Shown here piece by piece: positions 63,714-64,000 of a DNA stretch of 64,000 bases; the stretch's first letter is position 1; every line of letters starts with the position of its first letter. A program made the position numbers and the translations under genes. The notes under the pieces were generated by a model. It saw nothing but the letters and a program-made list of their open reading frames with translations. It was not told the DNA's origin and did no database searches. Source of the stretch: Sedimentisphaerales bacterium (GTDB taxonomy: Bacteria; Planctomycetota; Phycisphaerae; Sedimentisphaerales; SM23-30); NCBI GenBank assembly GCA_963662515.1, contig OY759675.1, positions 773,473 to 837,472 of the forward strand, in the 5' to 3' direction.

Positions 63714-64000
63714 TCAGGGTGTATTTAGTTTCCGAAGTTGATTAACCGGAGCGCAATCATCGGTAAGTAACTGGGTGAGTGGGTGGGGTTTGGCGTTGGG
63801 GGCAAGCATAGCAGCGATCTGGATAAGGTTGAATGACAGTTGGAGCTTATTCTGGAGTGTGCTGGTTTTTTGCATTGCCTGCTGAGAGGTTATGGCAGGG
63901 CAGTCCGGGCCGGGGGCAACGATAATGGCATTGCCATTACCGCAATATACCTGAGATTGGTCAAAAACACTGAGGAAGGTCTTAAACTCGGCTTCAAACA
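63714..64000 (-). CDS. hypothetical protein, C-terminal part (start beyond window)
   Basis: The minus-strand frame is open from the window edge to TGA (63716-63714). It reads FEAEFKTFLSVFDQSQVYCGNGNAIIVAPGPDCPAITSQQAMQKTSTLQNKLQLSFNLIQIAAMLAPNAKPHPLTQLLTDDCAPVNQLRKLNTP*. Confidence 0.4.
   Translation of the reverse strand, partial: FEAEFKTFLSVFDQSQVYCGNGNAIIVAPGPDCPAITSQQAMQKTSTLQNKLQLSFNLIQIAAMLAPNAKPHPLTQLLTDDCAPVNQLRKLNTP

Noticed and set aside
1-64000. Search by eye for rRNA, tRNA, CRISPR arrays, integrases, and restriction or abortive-infection type defence genes.
   Set aside because: None was recognised. The intergenic regions examined lack tRNA-like cloverleaf signatures or regular short repeat arrays. 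A tRNAscan/Infernal run would be needed to exclude small RNAs formally.

Overview
64-kb chromosomal window from a diderm (Gram-negative-type) bacterium. Evidence for this: outer-membrane barrels with a C-terminal Phe, PEP-CTERM sorting signals and dockerin-like secreted proteins. The taxon cannot be fixed from sequence alone. Coding density is high, and I recognised no rRNA, tRNA or CRISPR array.

Layout:
- 0-6 kb: LemA fragment, HtpX-like M48 protease, secreted beta-helix protein, aroB and an MCP.
- 6.3-7.5 kb: a regulator made of two HTH-cupin modules.
- 7.8-14.5 kb: a tandem array of three near-identical 152-aa secreted PBP-like genes. Each is followed by a diverged ~395-aa outer-membrane barrel gene, and a fourth barrel stands alone.
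- 14.9-21.3 kb: an operon of a histidine kinase, a His-less kinase, two response regulators and a DUF342/FapA-like protein.
- 21.4-27.1 kb: Ca2+/Na+ antiporter and an Hpt / CHASE-PAS hybrid kinase / REC phosphorelay.
- 27.3-29.3 kb: an orphan two-gene HTH module plus a long non-coding stretch.
- 29.3-33.8 kb: a 947-aa secreted beta-helix/dockerin-like protein and two PEP-CTERM paralogs. One paralog is frameshifted in a 13-G tract, and a remnant of the large gene marks a segmental duplication.
- 34-40 kb: plsC, rpe, uup, and a LysR gene divergent from a YeiH-like gene.
- 41-43 kb: a PAS pseudo-kinase.
- 43.2-47.5 kb: ArsR, CoADR-rhodanese, an ACR3/BASS-like transporter and an MBL-fold protein.
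- 48.3-53.9 kb: hexuronate operon (kdgK-eda-uxaC-SDR-uxuA).
- 53.9-57.3 kb: M50 protease fusion, dtd and a thioesterase.
- 57.1-63.7 kb: a mobile/toxin island.

The island is bracketed by ~250-bp imperfect direct repeats. It holds an IS4-family IS with an 11-bp target duplication and three orphan toxin/immunity cassettes. Each cassette begins with the same Hint-domain tail (..VYNLAVVQYHNYAVTASGVLVHN). It also holds a RAYT (REP-associated Y1 transposase) gene split by an IS3-family IS, and six REP-like hairpin motifs.

Three copies of a ~185-215-bp long-palindrome (MITE-like) element sit in co-directional intergenic gaps at 35.5, 43.5 and 52.4 kb.

All functional calls come from motif recognition by eye. 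No database search was run.
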